Assembly: GCF_009914755.1 (NCBI RefSeq)
Contig: NC_060936.1
Length of the DNA: 64,000 bases
From: the human T2T-CHM13v2.0 reference genome, Homo sapiens
Direction: 5' to 3' (one strand)
The notes below the pieces were generated by a model. The model did not search any database. It had not been told where the DNA came from and was given only the letters and a program-made list of their open reading frames with translations. Both the position numbers and the translations under genes were made by a program. This document shows, in pieces, positions 26,821 through 40,369 of the stretch (position 1 is the stretch's first letter; every line of letters starts with the position of its first letter).

Positions 26821-29620
26821 TCTCAAAGCAAGCCTAGCAGTGTACCCAAGCTACATGTAGACGATGGGCCACCCGAGATGTTAGCAGCATCCTGAGGGGA
26901 TGTCGGCCTCTGTCTTGGAGGGTGCTGGCTTAAGGGTTGAGCCTCAGACTGCAGGGTGTGTTTGGGAAGCAGCTGCCCACAGCTCTGGTCATTAAAGAAG
27001 AGAGCGAGCTGGTTCTTCTGGCCCCAGCAATAACAACAAAACAACCTGGAGTATGGTCCCTGCAGCCCTTCCCAGACACAGAGTTCTCATTCTCCAAACG
27101 TGGACATCCGGAGGGACACACGGCCTTACGTGGCCACCAGCAGGCCATGGACGGACATTGCCCAGCCCACGTTGCTGCCACAGGTGGACACTCAGAGCGA
27201 GAGAGAGGGAAGTTGGGGTGCTGGTGGGAATGGGTGTGGACTGGAATGTTCTAGAGGTAAGAGGGGCCTGAGACATCTTGTGAAGTGGGGCGGGGGGCGG
27301 GGCTTCTCCATGAGGCCAAAGGTGAGCAGGCCTCTGGGTGTTTCAGAAGAACTGCCCTGGCAACATGCAAGTACAGTTCTAGCAGAGACGCCAAATCAAC
27401 TGTCAAAACCGAGCCACTGCCACCCCACAAAGCCAGGAAAAGCTTCTAACTGACAATCTTGGGTAAGTCGGCCCTCAGCCTCTGCATCTCCCACCACAGA
27501 CCAAGGCTCCCAGATCCCCCCAGCCCATGCACTCCATGTGGTCCCCTCTGTGTGCCTGGATACATCGGGACTCTTGGGTGTCACTGGGGATTCCTGCCCT
27601 GCCACATGGGGTAAGCTACTGGTAATTACTCAGCTGTGGGAGCTCCTGGTCATCAGCCTTCAAACACAGAAACTCAGGTATTTTTCCCAGCAGACCCTGA
27701 CCAGCCTCTGTATTTCTCCATAACGCTGGTCGGCTGGGCACAGCGATCTTGGCAACAGATTTTGCGAAATAAACTTGGTCAGTGGATCCCAGTCAACAAA
27801 ATGTTTTTCCATCTGTTACCCACTTCCTCCTGCCTGTGAAGGGGCAGTGCTCTCTCCTTCTTATAGGTGAGGCTCTGAGAGGTGGAGTGAGTGACTTGCC
27901 CAGGGACTCAAAGCCAGGATATGAGGAACTGGGATGTAAGCCCAAGCCTTTGACCAGGAAGGTGACCTCACTCACTTGCCTTCCCTGATCGTCAGAGGCC
28001 TGGACAGAAGCCTTCTGTCTCCCAGAGGGGCTAGTCCCACTGACTCTCCTGACCTGCTCCCATCCCACTAGGGACACTGTCCAGGGGAGGGAGCACACCC
28101 CATGTGGGGCTTGGTGTGAAGTCTGCTGGGTGGCTTTGTCACATTGCAGATGGTGCCAGATGAGCCGGGCCCCGCCCAGGAAGCCAGACTGCCAGGGAGT
28201 TCAGACTCAGCCAACAAACAGACCCACAGGGCCTCCTGTGCCCCAGGCTGGGTGCTGAGTTACAGCCGTGCACACGGTGGACGTGATCCCTGCCCTACAG
28301 AGCTCACTCTCTGGTGGGAAAGAGTCAGAACTAATTCAAGGAGGAGGTGTATGGCCACATCCTGTGATCAGCGTCCCTGGCATCTAGTGCTGTGCTATTC
28401 TGATGCCCACTCAAGTGGGGAAAGCTGAGGTCAGGAGCTGGTCATTCCCATGCCCAAGGCCCCAGAGTCAGTTAAGTGGCAGAGCCAGGATTCAAACCCT
28501 GGTCTGCCACACTCCAGAGCCCTCACTCGGTTTGAGCAGGCAGAAGAGGGGTGGGAGAACATTCTAGGCAAAGGGCTCAGCTTGAGCCAAGCCCCAGGGG
28601 CTGCTCTGTCCCTTATCTGGAGCCCGCTGCCTCCACTGCTTGTCCCACTTACCCTTGCCGGGGATGCTGCAAACTGACAGACACACCCATTTTGCCAGTG
28701 AGTTCCCACAGCATTTTAAAGGACTTCTTCAGGACCCTAGAGCCCTGGTCTCCCCAAGGCTGCAGAGCAGCAGCTGCCCCCCAGGCACAGAGCTGAAAGG
28801 CAGAGCTGGATTTCAGGGTGTGCTGAGTAAAGGGCCGATCTACCCTGCACTTTGGAAGCTCACCGGGTAGAGGGAGGCCAGAGGAATTTCAGGGACTCCA
28901 CGACTTCCTTAGCTTATCATTCATGTCCCAACAGGCTGCAGCCTGTCTCCCTACCAGCTAAGGCAGAGTTGCAAGTGGGACAGAATCAGTGCCCACTCCA
29001 AACATGGCTCCTTGGCTGCATCTGGGAACGGGTTCCATTAGGTGGTGTGTGGAGGGTCTCAAACATCTTAACAGTGATGGTGAATGCGCCAGTGCCTCTG
29101 CAGCAGGGGCCAGAGTTCCTGTCTCCCCTCCTGGTTTGCTATCACAGGGGCCCCTGGTGAATAGGCTGGGTGGCTCATCCCAGCGAGTGTTCAAACTCAA
29201 AAGCTGGATGGCTAGAAACTGCCCACCTGCACCAAACCACCATCAGAAGTGGTCTTTATCAGCCAGGGCAACAGAAGCCAGCTCTGCCTCACTTAGAAAA
29301 GAAATGTATTGGGCAGTATTGAGGGCTGGAAGCCCAGGCCACAAGCAGAATGGGAGCCAGGGCAGTTCAGGGGACCTGTGCAGTTCAGCCTGAAGCTGGG
29401 TCTCTTTAGGATGCTGTGGGCGTGAATGAACCAGCTCCAGCCAGCAACCCATCCTCGCTCAGTGCATGCAGGGGTCTTTAGGGAAATTCAGAGAAAATTC
29501 AGGGATTGAAGTAGACTGGGCAAGGCACTGATGTCATTCATTCTTTCATACTCATTTCAATAAATATTTTTGGGCACCTGCTGTGTGCACAGCCTGTTCT
29601 AGGCACTGGGATTCAATCTC

Positions 29621-29960
<340 letters not shown>

Positions 29961-30339
29961 TAAGATAATTTCTGGTGTGTTGAAAATGAGACAAAGAGCC
30001 CCATGGAGATTGTATCCCATGGGAAGAAGTAAATCCTCAAAAAGAAATTGAAGCAATTGGATGGTGGGTCCCCAAACAGCAAATATCCACAAGAGGCGTC
30101 CTGCCCACACTGGCCCCAGGGCAGTGATCAGGATTCAGATTCCAGAACTAGACTAGAATTCAAATCTAGCCTCAGCCACTTTCTCATCACGACCTGGAGC
30201 AAGTCACTTCGTCTTTCCAAGCTTGCAAAATTGGGATGATCACTCTTCCCTGGTTGCTGAGATCAAACAAGGTCATACATGCAGTGCCGGCCATGCAGGC
30301 ATCATCGAGTTCCATCCTGAGAACTCGATCACGTCCTGG

Positions 30340-30400
30340 GTGCATGTGCGCGTACGCGCGCACACACATGTACACACGCACACGCATGCATGCATGCACG
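30340..30400. repeat. Perfect alternating purine-pyrimidine tract (61 nt)
   Basis: gtgcatgtgcgcgtacgcgcgcacacacatgtacacacgcacacgcatgcatgcatgcacg. Confidence 0.95.
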
Positions 30401-30404
30401 GTGG

Positions 30405-30770
30405 GGCACCCAAGCCGATGCCCGCTCCTCGAGGCTGGGGGCTATGCATGCCTGACCCTCTGGTGTATTCAATTATAGGTTTAGCCACATTCATTCCTCC
30501 CTCCTTGTAGGTAAGATTTATTAAAATACCCAATCACAGAAATAGCCCTGCTCCCTGACAGCAGCCAACCCACAGCGAAACCACGTTTCCTTGAACCCTC
30601 CCCCAAACCCCAACACACGCCAAAACCCTATAATAAGTCCTTGCACAGACCCTCTTCCTGAGGCACCCCAGGTTCCCCACGGTGCGCGTGCTCCCTTATT
30701 GCAACAAGACAATAAATCTGACTTTGTTCGACTACAGGTGTGTTCTTGGTGGTCTTTGGCTGCAGGGCAC
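30405..30770 (+). mobile_element. ERV1-type LTR, 3' part (MER90-like)
   Basis: aagatttatt..atacccaatcacagaa...ctataataagtcctt...aataaa...actacaggtgtgttcttggtggtctttggctg; clearly homologous to 52590-53290. Confidence 0.7.
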
Positions 30771-32029
30771 TTTAAACCCAAAAATGTCCCCTGTACAAAA
30801 TATTTGCAGCCACTTCAGGGGAGGGGAGCTGGAACTGGTTTGTCACACAGCTGGGAACAGCACCCCAGGGAACAACGCAATCAAAAGGAGGTGGTTTCCA
30901 GAGCTGCAGTCCCTAGACTGGGGATGGAGTGGGGGTGCGGGATGTCACACCATTTCTCACTGGCTTTAGTCTTAACTTTTCGTGCTTTAATGTGAAATGT
31001 AATTACAGATTCAGAGTTATGGTGGTGAGCTCGTCAGGGCTAATTAATTAGTCAGATTTATAAGTATTTGGTTCTCAGAGATCAATGACCCTGATGGGTC
31101 GCCTGAAAGCTCTGAGAAATCCCCTTCCTGATAGCTAGTTTTCTTGGGGAGCGGTGGGCTTGGGAGAGCTGCTTTTGCTTTGGCGGCTGGTTGAGAGGGA
31201 CAGCCTGACCACTCTCAAGCAGCCTGGAGACCATAGGTGCCTCTGAAGTCCCCACACCTTTGAGATCTGTGAGGGCTCTGCCCTAGGAATCAGAAATGTC
31301 AAATAGAGGCCACTCGCTCCGCTGCCTCTCCCAGAGGCCACGGCAGACATTAGTAATGGATTCCCAAACCCCTCCCTGTTGAATCTGGACCCAGCACAGC
31401 CTGCCAGGCAATCACTTGGAATTGGTGTCTCTTTCCTACCCCTGGGATAAGTCCTTCCCTGCTCTCAGCAGAACAGAAGAGAAAGGAAACTGGATTTTGA
31501 CACCAGAGGCTGGGATTGAGGTGGGTTTTGCCACTTGCTAACTGGCACACTGGGCTCATCACACTACCTATGGGGGTGCCACTTATCCAGGAAGAGTTAG
31601 GGTGATAATCCAGGATGAAAATCTCTATGAGATCACAAACATGAAGGTTCTCTGTCTACTCTCAACCCCTGTACAAGATAAAGATGGGGCAACCAACAGA
31701 GGAGGAAGAGATGCCAACATCTCAACATAGTGGGGAAAAGCTGGCGCAGCGATCCCCCAGGGGCAGCTCAGTGGAGGCAGGTTCATTTTTCTTTCAACCT
31801 CTTTTGCCCTAGAATGGAAGCCAGGCTTCTACATGCACGCTGGACTCTGCACAGCCAGCTGCCTCCGACAGGGAAAACGGTGCACATTCTCCAGGCTTCC
31901 AGACTTCGGGGCTCCCTGATGGCTTTGGCTACTGGAGGGTACCCTCCCCACATGAGGGGGCTGGAATGTATCAGGGAGTATCACCCTCTAAGAAGCTTCT
32001 CTCTAGTCTCCAGCCATGCCACGGGAGGT

Positions 32030-32780
32030 AGATGATTTATTTACAGGCAGAGAAACCACTTGTCAGTTTCCTTTCATTCATGTGTATTACACAGTAAGCC
32101 TTTTGTCAAATCCAGCCCAAATTCATTGTAGAAAAATTAGAAAATCCAGACGAAATGAAAATGAACATTAAAACCACCCATCTTCCCACCACTGAGAGAT
32201 ACATATTAGTAACACATGCATTTTTCTATGGTATATAAACACATGTATGTTTCTTTTTAGGATTTGGGTCATTCTATATGTAACATTTTGCAATTTAGGT
32301 TTTTTTTTCACTTTATAATAGTGAACGCCCTTTCATAGAAGTAAATATGTAGACACCATCATTTTCAGTGGCTTTATGGTATTTCTTACAGTCCCTTATT
32401 GTTAATATTTTACTTATTTAATTATCCAGCTCCCTATTGTTGGACATTGTCTTCCAATTTTTCACTGTAATGAGCAGCACTTTTCTGCACTGGAAAAAAC
32501 AAAAACAAAAACAAAAAACCCTTGCAGTTTCACCAGTGTGACTATTTCCTGCACTGAAAAAACAAAAACAAAAAAGCCAAAAAAAAAAAAAAAAACTCTT
32601 GCAGCTCCACCAATGTGTCTATTTCCTTCACAAAAATTCTCAGACACAGAGTTGCAGGACTGTAAGGTACACACGTCTCTAGGACTTTCATGCACATTGC
32701 CAAATTGCCCTCCTGAAAGTTCATACCGATCTCCACTCCCTGCAACCGTGAGAGTCAACATTTCTCTCTCCCCGCTGAAG
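32030..32780 (-). mobile_element. Old L1 (L1M-type) 3' relic (similar relics near 8800-9040, 13900-14400, 52140-52350, 53290-54130, 57060-57240, 59200-59480)
   Basis: AT-rich L1 3'-like motifs (ttgttggacatt...ttccaatttt...ttgccaaattgccctcc). Confidence 0.6.
32482..32628 (+). repeat. Imperfect tandem duplication of about 66-75 bp containing A-rich tracts
   Basis: ctgcactg-(A-rich)-cttgcag..cacca.tgtg.ctatttcct occurs twice. Confidence 0.85.
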
Positions 32781-33550
32781 TCAGCAGGTGGAAAGCCATA
32801 GGCTCAGGACTCTTTCCAGCTGCTGGGATCCTGCAGCTGGACCCCCGAGGGCCATAGAAATACAGTTCTCTCTCTTCCACTCCCCAGTCAAAGCACCTTG
32901 AGAGAGTCCCTGGCCGGGCCGGGGCAGGGTCCTGAGGCCACCTGGCATGCCCACTCGCAGACCTTACCTCCTCCCTCTCCCTGTGCACGCCTGGATGTCT
33001 TTTCTCAAGGCCCGATGCTCACACCGTGTGGCAGGGTAGCAAGCTTTTGAGTTATAGTGAACCTTATTTCCCTCTACAGCTCCCACGGAGTTAACAGATG
33101 TACGCACGTCTGAGGCAGTCATGCGGCAAGAGACTTTGGGCCCAATCCTTTCTGTTTTGACAGTGTGTAATCGAGGTGAAGCCATAAATTTTATAAACAA
33201 GAATAAACGACCCTTAGCAACATATGTCTGCTTGACCCTTCCAAGGTGATTGTAAATAAAGGCACCTGCTGACCAGTGAGGGCCATTGGCACTGCAGATG
33301 GCCAGTGATGAGGGCCGAAGGACCGGTGCCTTGGGAGCTTGCACTGGGAGGCATTTCGGCAGTGAGGGGCGGGGGGAAGAGGTCACCTTGCCCCCCGCTC
33401 GGGTCCTGAGTCAGTTAGACACCTTCATGCTACTTATGTACTCCGTTCTCCAGGGTGCCTTTGCCCCGTGCTGCCTTGAATTGGCATTTGCTTCTTACCC
33501 TTCCTCGGAGAGGACACTTGTAGCTGTGGCAACTAAGTTCCTCCTGGGGG

Positions 33551-33840
33551 TTTGTTTTTGAGACAGGGTCTCGCTTTGTTGCCCGGTCTGGAGTGCAGGG
33601 GCACGATCACAGCTCACTCGGCCTCAAGCTCCTGGGCTCAAGCGATCTTTTCACCTCAGTCTCGAGTAGCTGGGACTACAGGTGCGCACATCAATCCTGG
33701 GCTTTTTTTTTTTTTTTTTTTAAAGAAACAGGGTCTCACTATGTTGCCCAGGCTGATCTCAAACTCCTGGCCTCAAGTGATCCTCCCGCTTTGGTCTCCC
33801 GACATGTCAGGAGTACAGGCAAGAGCCACCGCACCCAGCC
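33551..33840 (-). mobile_element. Alu (AluJ-like)
   Basis: Alu consensus. Confidence 0.9.
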
Positions 33841-34724
33841 TCTTCCAGGTTTTTGGTAGTCCCTTCACTTCCCCCAGAGAAGAAGCCCTGACCCACTTGA
33901 TTGCCAGTCACGCCCTCACTGCCAACTGTGCCAGGGCGGCCACCCCACGGGGACCTGAAGAGTAGGGTCCTTGTCTTGGCTTTGCCGCTGCCCACAGGGA
34001 GCATGCTGGAGACAGGCAGATCCGAGTTCAAATCCAAGTTGGACTTCTTCCTCTCTGCGTGACACCAGCCAAGGTGCCGTCTCCCTGTGCCTCGGTTTCT
34101 GAGTCTATGACGCAAAGGTACTAACATCCACTTGGTGGGGTTGTTATGGGGAATACATGCCAAGCATGCAAGGAAGGTGCTCTCCAAGGTTAGCTATGCT
34201 GAGATGGTTTAAAAAGCTCTGGTGGTAAGGAGAGCTTAGTAAGTGTCAGCTGTTGACAGTATCATTATACCCAGTGTCACCCCCATGGACACTGTGTGAC
34301 TTTGAGCAAGTGACTTTACCCTTTGAGCCCCCGTTTCCTCACCTGTGAAATGGGGAGGATAATTGTATGTACCTTGTAGGGTTCTGAGAACTAGAAAGAC
34401 ATGAACACCCTGGCACTGTAGTACAATTGAGCATAGAGCTAGGTGTTGAGGAAATGCCTGTCATGGTGTTTGAGGCACAGAGCCCTGATTTAAAGCCTGG
34501 TTCTGCCTCCTAGCTGTCTGACCTTGAGAAACTCCTGTCTCCTCTCTGGGCCTCAGTTTCCTCATCTGTAAGTTGGGGGTGATAATATTAATAGTTCCAC
34601 CTCCATGAGCTCTTGACATAATTAAATGAACTATTGAATGTAAGGTTCTTAGCAAGATGCCTGGACATAATCAGTGCTCTATGTGTGGTCCTTATTAAGA
34701 TGTACTTATTAAGTTCTCCTCTCT

Positions 34725-35027
34725 GCTGGGCAAGGTGGCTCACGCCTATAATCTCAGCACTTTGGGAGGCCAAGGCAGGTGGATCACTTGAGGTCAGGAG
34801 TTCGAGACCAGCCTGGCTAACATGGCGAAACCTTGTCTCTACTAAAAATACAAAAAAAATTAGCCAGGCATCGTGATGCATGCCTATAATCCCAGCTACT
34901 CAGGAGGCTGAGGCCGGAGAATCACTTGAACCCAGGAGGTGGAGGTTGCAGTTGAGCCGAGATCACGCCATCGCACTCCAGCCTGGGTGACAGAGCAAGA
35001 CTCGGTCTCAAAAAAAAAAAAAAAAAA
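34725..35027 (+). mobile_element. Alu, first of a tandem pair
   Basis: Alu consensus. Confidence 0.94.
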
Positions 35028-35360
<333 letters not shown>

Positions 35361-36638
35361 TTATAAAATGGGAGCAATGATGTCTGAGACCGTGTTCAGC
35401 TCTCATTGTCCTGCAATTCACTCTCACTTTCACTTTGGCCCTGTGTTCCTGGAGCCACATCCCCATCTTCTCATCTGATTGTGCCTGGCCACCTCTGGAG
35501 GCCACCTGTCTCCCCCACCCACTCAGCAAGCCTGAGGGGCCAGAGGTGCTGCCATGCTGTCCTCAGCGTCACCTGGGGATGAGCTTTTAGAACGTGCTTT
35601 GAAAAGGGTCAAATATGATTGAACAACAATAGCTATTTTTTGGAGCTGCTATCATGTCTGGGGCCTGTGGACTTATTTCTGAACTCTTGGAAATTGGTAT
35701 TATTATCCTATTATAAAAGATAAAGAGGCTTTGAGTGGTTAAACCATTTGCTTAAGGAGATGCTGGAAGTGACAAAGATGGAATCTGAATTCAAATAGTA
35801 GTAGTAATAGCAAACAACTGTAATAACAGGAGCTAATATTTGCCAGGGGGCAATATTACTCTTTTAAGTATTACCTCATTAAACAATCCCAGTGACCCAT
35901 GGGGTGGATGTTATGATTCCCATTCTATAGGTGGAGGAGCAAGACCGAGACAGATGGAATGACTTGCCCAGTCACCAAGGCAGGAGGTGACAAAGCTGGC
36001 CTTGAACCTGAGCCTGCCTGGGGCCAGTGCCCAAGCCAGCTGTTTGACAGTCCTTCCCTGCACCCCACAACCCTACAAGCATCAAAGGTCACCCAGCAGC
36101 CTCTCCCAGCCAGCCCCAAGTGCATCTTCTCACCCTTCCAGGCTGGGGCTATCTGACCCTGAAACAGGCTGCTGAAGGCAGCCTTGGGAATCCTGACTTA
36201 GCTCCCGAAGAGGGTCGCATGGGTTCTCTTAGAAAAGGGATTCTTACCGGGAGGTTCCATGGACTTCCTATGACTGGATGCAAACTTGTGAATATGTGTG
36301 TGTGCATTCCAAAGGTGACAAACCACAGCTTGAGAAGTTTCTGATTCTGTGGAATGGGAGAACACGAGGGATGTCCCCAAAGTTTCTAGGTCTCCGCAAT
36401 CTGCCTGTCCCTGCCTCTGTTGGACTTTAGCACTATCTTCCAGGAGGACTCTGAGAGAAGAAAAGCAATAGGCCAAGGCAAGTTAAAACTGTGCCGCCTG
36501 CCTCTAGCTGGACTGACTGCAAAGATGCATTTATTCCAGCTTGTGTCAGTATTGCCAGAAGATTCTCAGGCCCCGCCAGAGGGGAGGGATGAGCCACAAA
36601 TCCTTCCAGGCACTGATTTATGTAGCATTCATGCGGAA

Positions 36639-36661
36639 TTTATTATACAAAGAATTTTATT
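36639..36661 (-). terminator. MMAB distal polyA signals (two AATAAA; a third at 36530-36535)
   Basis: TTTATT at 36656-36661 and 36639-36644 on +. Confidence 0.7.
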
Positions 36662-38177
36662 CAATTAAACTTGAAATGCATCTGGATTCTTAAAGGTTCA
36701 GTAGTGATCACTGGGACAGGGCGATCATAAAACTGAATGGGCTGTCGGAAGGTGTCGAGGCAGCAGCAAGGGTGACATTGCTACTGACGGGGGCTTCCGA
36801 ACTGGGGACGTTTGTCATTGGGATGTGTTACAAGTTCGGGCTGTGGAAATTACTCGATGAAAAACGCACATTAACGATAGCCATGAAATATTAGTTAAGG
36901 GAAACTAGGTTGAGAAATGAGACAGCAGGATCTATCAGAGCCTGGCATTGTTCGCCACAGCCCAGGTAGTGATTAAAACGACTGTCAAGCGGCAGTGGGT
37001 GGGAGCTGAGGAGCACGGGGCTGTGAGTGACGAGGCCGCGTCCGGGGCTCACATCTTGGCACTGACTCCCCAGGACAACTTGGTTCCCCACCCAATGCCT
37101 CCTTCCAGGGCTGCTATGGGGTTCAAATGAGATAATGTCTGTGGAACACTTGGCTCAGGGCACTGCACATAGCAAGCCCTTCCACAGTGCGGGCTGGTGT
37201 CACTGTGACTGTGGGCTTCTCTCTGACACAAGAGCCAACTGCCAGCTTGTCTCTGGAAATGACACTAAACACCCCATTCCAGGGAGCCTGACCTGGAGGC
37301 GGAGGAGGCATTTTCATGGGTGCAAAATGTAAGGAAGTGCCCACAAACTCAGGGATCGAGTAGTATTTGTGTGCAATATTTTCCAAAATCAAATTATGAA
37401 AAAAATCTACGATAAGCAAGGGATCACGACTTTAAATAAAAACAGGCTGCTGTTTGTTTCAAAACCCCGTGTTCCCGTGCAATGGGACTGATTGTTTCTG
37501 AGAGTTGCCAGTGGTGTGCAAACACTGGGGCAGCGGGGGCTTCGCAGTCACATTTCCTGACTGTAGGGCTTTCATTAACTTTTCCCACCTGGTTCAAAAT
37601 ATGGGAGGACATTTGCTCAGTGTACAGAGGGGTACACATCTTTTCTTTTGCCTCGGGCTCTTGATAGAGCTTTTGAAAGGCACTGCAGAAGAGCAAATGT
37701 TTTAAACACCCCATCCTTCCAGCCCCCAAAGCAAGCTTTCTCCATTTTTCCCAGGTTGGTAGCACAGGAGAGAAACACCTGCTGAGTGGTGGCATCTGCC
37801 CTGCACCCAGGTGGTTTCTCAGAGAAGTGTTTGCTGGTGAACCGGGAGACAGATACAGAGGCGGGGGTCTGAGAACGCGACTGTTAACATCCAGGCTGTG
37901 ACACCCGGTCCTGGAAGGACAGGACTTGGCAACAGGTGAACGGCCTTGTTTCAAAGATTGTCACTTTAGGATGTTGTATTTACTCAAAAAGCTTTCCTTA
38001 TCCTTTGGAGGCTGTGCTTTCCCATGGCTAGGCATGCAGGGCTGCTGTGTTATTTTATATATATATATATATTCCAGGAAGATTTTGAGATTTTGAGGTG
38101 TAGACAGAATTGAGTGATTCGCTGCAAGCTCTTTGAACATACTCCCTGACCGAGCCTTAGTGATTGCGTTTTCAGGG

Positions 38178-38453
38178 TTTTTTTTTTTTTTTTTTTGTGA
38201 CGGAGTCTCACTCTATCAGCCAGGCTGGAGTGTCGTGTCACGATCTTGGCTCACTGCAGCCTCTGCCTCGTAGGTTCAAGTGATTCTCCTGCCTCAGCCT
38301 CCTGAATAGCTGGGATTACAGGCACCCGCCACCATGCCCAGCTAATTTTTTTTTTTTTTTTTTTTTTTAGCAGAAATGGGGTTTTACCATGTTGACCAGG
38401 CTGGTCTCAAACTCCTGACCTCAGGTGATCTGCCTGCCTCGGCCTCCCAAAGT
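38178..38453 (-). mobile_element. Alu, 5'-truncated, inside the MMAB long 3' UTR (sense to MMAB)
   Basis: Alu consensus ending at cctcccaaagt. Confidence 0.93.
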
Positions 38454-39535
38454 CCGTTTTCAGCTCTGTTTTGCAAACACTGAGCACCGACTCCGTACCA
38501 GACCTGGTAGTGACGATGGGGGCAGGGAGGCACGGAACAAAGCCACCTCCTGGAAGGCATTCACACACTCCTGGTCATCTGCACCTCACCCACCCTGCCC
38601 AAGGCTCAAGAGGGCCATCACAGCCTGTCAGCAATGAAAGGACCCAGAAGACACAAGTGAATATACCTGGCCCTCCTGCAAACTTTGCAGGCAAGGTGGT
38701 AAGAATGAAGGCAAAAATATGCACGTGACTAAGAAGGTAATGTTTGCTGACTTGCCAGCAAGAAAGATGGCCGGAAAGACCAGCTGTCCCGAGCCTAGCG
38801 CGGTGGCCCATGCTAAGCAGCCACTCAGTCAATATGTGATGGCTGAATGGAGTTCGCCAGGCATTTCAGCCCTGAAACTGGACAAGAGCCTGCCCTTCCA
38901 AAGTCATTTCCTGCAATTAGCAGCCTGCAGTCTTTAGGTTCTTGGGGCTGCCTCTTCTGCCCTTCATAAATATTGCCTTTCCCAAGGACACTGCTGGCAC
39001 TGGCAGTGTCGTTTCATAGCAGGAGGGAGCATCAGTGACAACTGAAATAAATACAGCCGTGGCACGGATCTCAGAGGCATAAGCCAGCCAAGTGCAACAT
39101 CGGAGAAATCAGTCTGGTGGATGTCAGCCTTGCTGGAAACTGACAACCTCATTTTCTCAAGCTGAAGATGCTGCACCGCAGACCCTTGACTCAGTCCAAC
39201 CAGACAGGGAATGTTCACCTTCAAGTGGTAGTGTTGTTCTCATCAGCATCTCCATCCCTTTCAGAGTGGGTCCTCTAAGCTGCACCCCCATCACACAGAC
39301 TTCAATCTAAGCCAGGAGTTTCTGAGCCTCGCCTGTCAATCTGCAGCTATCCTTCCCCCACACTTTGGCGGTGATGGGTGGCTCAGAGGTGACTAAACTT
39401 CCAAATCTTGTCCGCCTTCCCCTTTACAAATGTGACATTTAAAGCACCTTTGGCACAGGTAAATCACAATTACATTTTCAAGGGCCTCTGGTCCCATTCC
39501 AAATCTGTGAACAACCTGAGCTGGCAGTGGGAGGG

Positions 39536-39541
<6 letters not shown>

Positions 39542-39584
<43 letters not shown>
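39542..39584 (+). repeat. (CA)21 microsatellite
   Basis: Direct count. Confidence 0.98.
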
Positions 39585-39586
<2 letters not shown>

Positions 39587-39603
39587 CTCCAGCCTTTCCA
39601 ACT

Positions 39604-39609
39604 TTTATT
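39604..39609 (-). terminator. MMAB proximal polyA signal AATAAA
   Basis: TTTATT on +; about 310 nt after the stop codon; followed 20 nt later by (TG)21. Confidence 0.7.
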
Positions 39610-39918
39610 CCTTTTCCGCACAGCTCCTTCTCATTGCAGCAATCACTTTACCTGTCTTTCCTGCAATGCCAATTCATTCCCACATCCCTCCAAGACCCAG
39701 GAGAGCTTGGGGAAGCAGGGTCAGGGACAGAATCCCCAAAGGGTCACAGTCCCTTGAGGAAGGTGGCAAGAGGTGTAGATCAAAGCTGAGCTGGGACAAA
39801 AGGCTGCTTTGAGCCTCTCTGGGTGAGCTCTTCAGGAACCAGGACCCCAGAAGGGCAAGCTCCTCTCTCCACGGCCATCGCCATGGAGGGATCCTCCAAG
39901 CTCCCACTTTCTGTGATT

Positions 39919-40236
<318 letters not shown>

Positions 40237-40369
40237 TCAAGGCTGGGGCCATTCCTGCAGGATGAGGCCATTGCCCCGGCCCTACCCCATGGGGCAGATG
40301 ACTTTGGACTCCTCTCTGAGCCGGTTTTTGCACCTTTGAGTGATCAGGGCTCAGGTGCGTGATCAGTTT

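Larger units (their letters stand above)
36620..39918 (-). other. MMAB: MMAB long 3' UTR (about 3.3 kb, end approximate)
   Basis: Runs from the stop codon to the paired AATAAA signals at 36639-36661. Confidence 0.7.
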
